Both the position numbers and the translations under genes were made by a program. Below, in pieces: positions 62,170 to 64,000 of a stretch of DNA of 64,000 bases. The stretch covers positions 28,336,001 through 28,400,000 of the forward strand of contig NC_086108.1 of the NCBI RefSeq assembly GCF_963921235.1. Reading direction: 5' to 3'. Position 1 is the stretch's first letter; each line of letters starts with the position of its first letter. Source of the DNA: Mobula hypostoma (taxonomy: Eukaryota). Below the pieces are notes generated by a model. That model was given only the letters and a program-made list of their open reading frames with translations. It made no database searches and had not been told where the DNA came from.

Positions 62170-64000
62170 TTTTCTTCAGCGGTTTGATCGAGGCACGACT
62201 GCGCAGGCGTGTGGATGTCAGCGAGTTAGACCGGCTGGAAGAATGTGAAAAGAAGACAGCTTTATGGAGTGGATGTCAGAGGAGGAGGGGTTTGGCTCAA
62301 TGGGTTGAGGCGAGCTAAGTTACTTGTGAATAATATGAATAGGAAGTATGTCTGCAAGGCCGGTGTTCTGTACTGGATGTCAGATGTGGGCTGTCCAGGA
62401 AACTCCCAGCCTCCCGGACAACCACATCTGCGCCAGCTGCGTCAAGCTGCAGCTCCTTAGGGACCACCTTAGGGAACTAGAGGTGCAGCTCGATGATCTT
62501 CGTCTGGTCAGGGAGAGTGAGGAGAAGGTGGAGAGGAGCTATATGCAAGTAGTCACACTGGGGCCTCGGGAGACAGACAAGTAGGAACAGTCAGGAGAGG
62601 GAAAGAGTCTCATACTAGAGAGTACCCCTGTGGCTGTCCCCCTTAACAATAAGTACTCCCGTTTGAGTACTGTTGGCGGGGGGGGGAGCTGACCTGGGAG
62701 AAGCAACAGTGGCTGTGCCTCTGGCACAGAGTCTGGCCCTGTGGCTCAGAAGGGTAGGGAAAGGAAGAGGATGGCAGCAGTGAAAGGAGACTCTATAGTT
62801 AGGGGGTCAGAAAGGTGATTCTGTGGACGGATGGTAGATTGCCTCCCAGGAGCCAGGGTCCAGGATGTTTCTGATCGCGTCCACGATATCCTGAAGTGGG
62901 AAGGTGAACAGCCAGAAGTACCAATGACATAGGTAGGAAAGGGGAGGAAGTCCTAAAAACAGACTATAGGGAGTTAGCTGAGAAGCAGGACCACAAGGGT
63001 AGTAATCTCGAGATTACTGCCTGTGCCACGCGGCAGTGAGTGTAGGAATAGAGTGAGGTGAAGGATAAGTATGTGGCTGAGGGATTGGAGCAGGGGGCAG
63101 GGATTCAGATTTCTGAATCACTGGGACCTCTTTTAGGGCAGGTGTGACCTGTACAAAAAGGACGGGTTGCACTTGAATCCGAGGGGGACAAATATCCTGG
63201 CAGGGAGGTTTGCAAAGGTGATTGGGGAGAGTTTAAAGTAGAATTGCTGGGGGTGGGGACTGAACTGAAGAGATAGAGGAAGGGGTGGTTGGCTCACAAA
63301 TAGAGAATGCTTGTAGACAGTGTGAGAGGGAGGATAGAGAATGGATGCGCTCAGATTGATGGTTTGAGATGTGTCTATTTTAATGTAAGGAGTATCATGA
63401 ACAAAGCGGATGAGCTTAGAGCATAGATCGATACTTGGAGCTATGATGTTGTGGCCATTACAGAGACTTGGATGGCTCAGGGGCATAAATGGTTACTTAG
63501 AGTGCCAGGCTTTAGATGTTTCCAAAAGGAAAGGGAGGGAGGCAAAAAAGGTGTGGGCGTTGCACTGCTGATCAGAGATAGTGTCACGGCTGCAGAAGAG
63601 GAGGAAGTTATGGAGGGACTCTCTATTGAGTTTCTGTGGGTGGACGTTAAAAACAGGAAGGGGTCAATAATTCTACTGAGTGTTTTTTGTAGACCACCAA
63701 TTGTAACAAGAACATCAAGGAACAGATAAGGAGACAGATTCTGAAATGGCGCAATAATAAGAGGGTTGTAGTGGTGGGAGATTTTAATTTCCCCAATATT
63801 GATTGACATCTCCCCAGAGCAAGGGGTTTAGATTGGGTGGAGTTTGTTAGATGTGTTCAGGAAGATTTCCTGACACAATATGTAGATAAGCCTACATGAG
63901 GAGAGGCTGTACATGATCTGGTATTGGGAAATGAACCTAGTCAGGTGTCAGGTCTCTCAATGGGAGAGCATTTTGGAGATAGTAGTCACAATTCTATCTC
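62170..64000 (+). mobile_element. CR1 LINE 5' portion (5' UTR, ORF1, start of ORF2 endonuclease), continuing past the window end
   Basis: MSARPVFCTGCQMW..HICASCVKLQLLRDHLRELEVQLDDLRLVR; GDSIVRG; DGLHLN; VAITETW..GGKKGVGVALLIRD; VVGDFNFPNID. Stops and frameshifts present. Confidence 0.93.

Noticed and set aside
39974..64000. lhx4 exon 3 (expected RFGTKC..LIM2) and homeobox exons
   Set aside because: Not found by eye or in the ORF track; presumably downstream of the window. A tblastn search would confirm.

Overview
Vertebrate genomic DNA. The repeat content (HE1/V-SINE-like SINEs, CR1, Rex1, Penelope-type tails) suggests a cartilaginous fish, probably a ray; this is an inference. The only host gene I can support is the 5' part of the LIM-homeobox gene lhx4 on the + strand: coding exon 1 at 37665-37740 and exon 2 (LIM1 domain) at 39802-39973. 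Exon 3 was not found, so intron 2 apparently runs past the window end. The gene start lies in a transposon-poor, CpG-retaining domain (about 27.7-31.3 kb and 36.5-44.9 kb). The rest is a nested mosaic of decayed CR1, Rex1/Babar, RTE and Tx1-like LINEs, a hAT (Buster/Charlie-like) fossil, Tc1-like MITEs and SINEs. Best second-look items: (i) a dispersed Penelope-type repeat whose consensus matches a minimal type-I hammerhead ribozyme, including a very young 80-bp foldback insertion with a 13-bp target-site duplication (TSD); (ii) a 316-bp, ~96% identical inverted repeat 3.5 kb upstream of the lhx4 ATG; (iii) a composite element capped at both ends by mini Tc1-like hairpins; (iv) a 25-bp CCAAT-box minisatellite; (v) a cryptic decayed ~44-bp satellite in intron 2. 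I found no convincing wholly new protein-coding system. All family assignments come from recognising motifs by eye, not from database searches, and most repeat boundaries are approximate.
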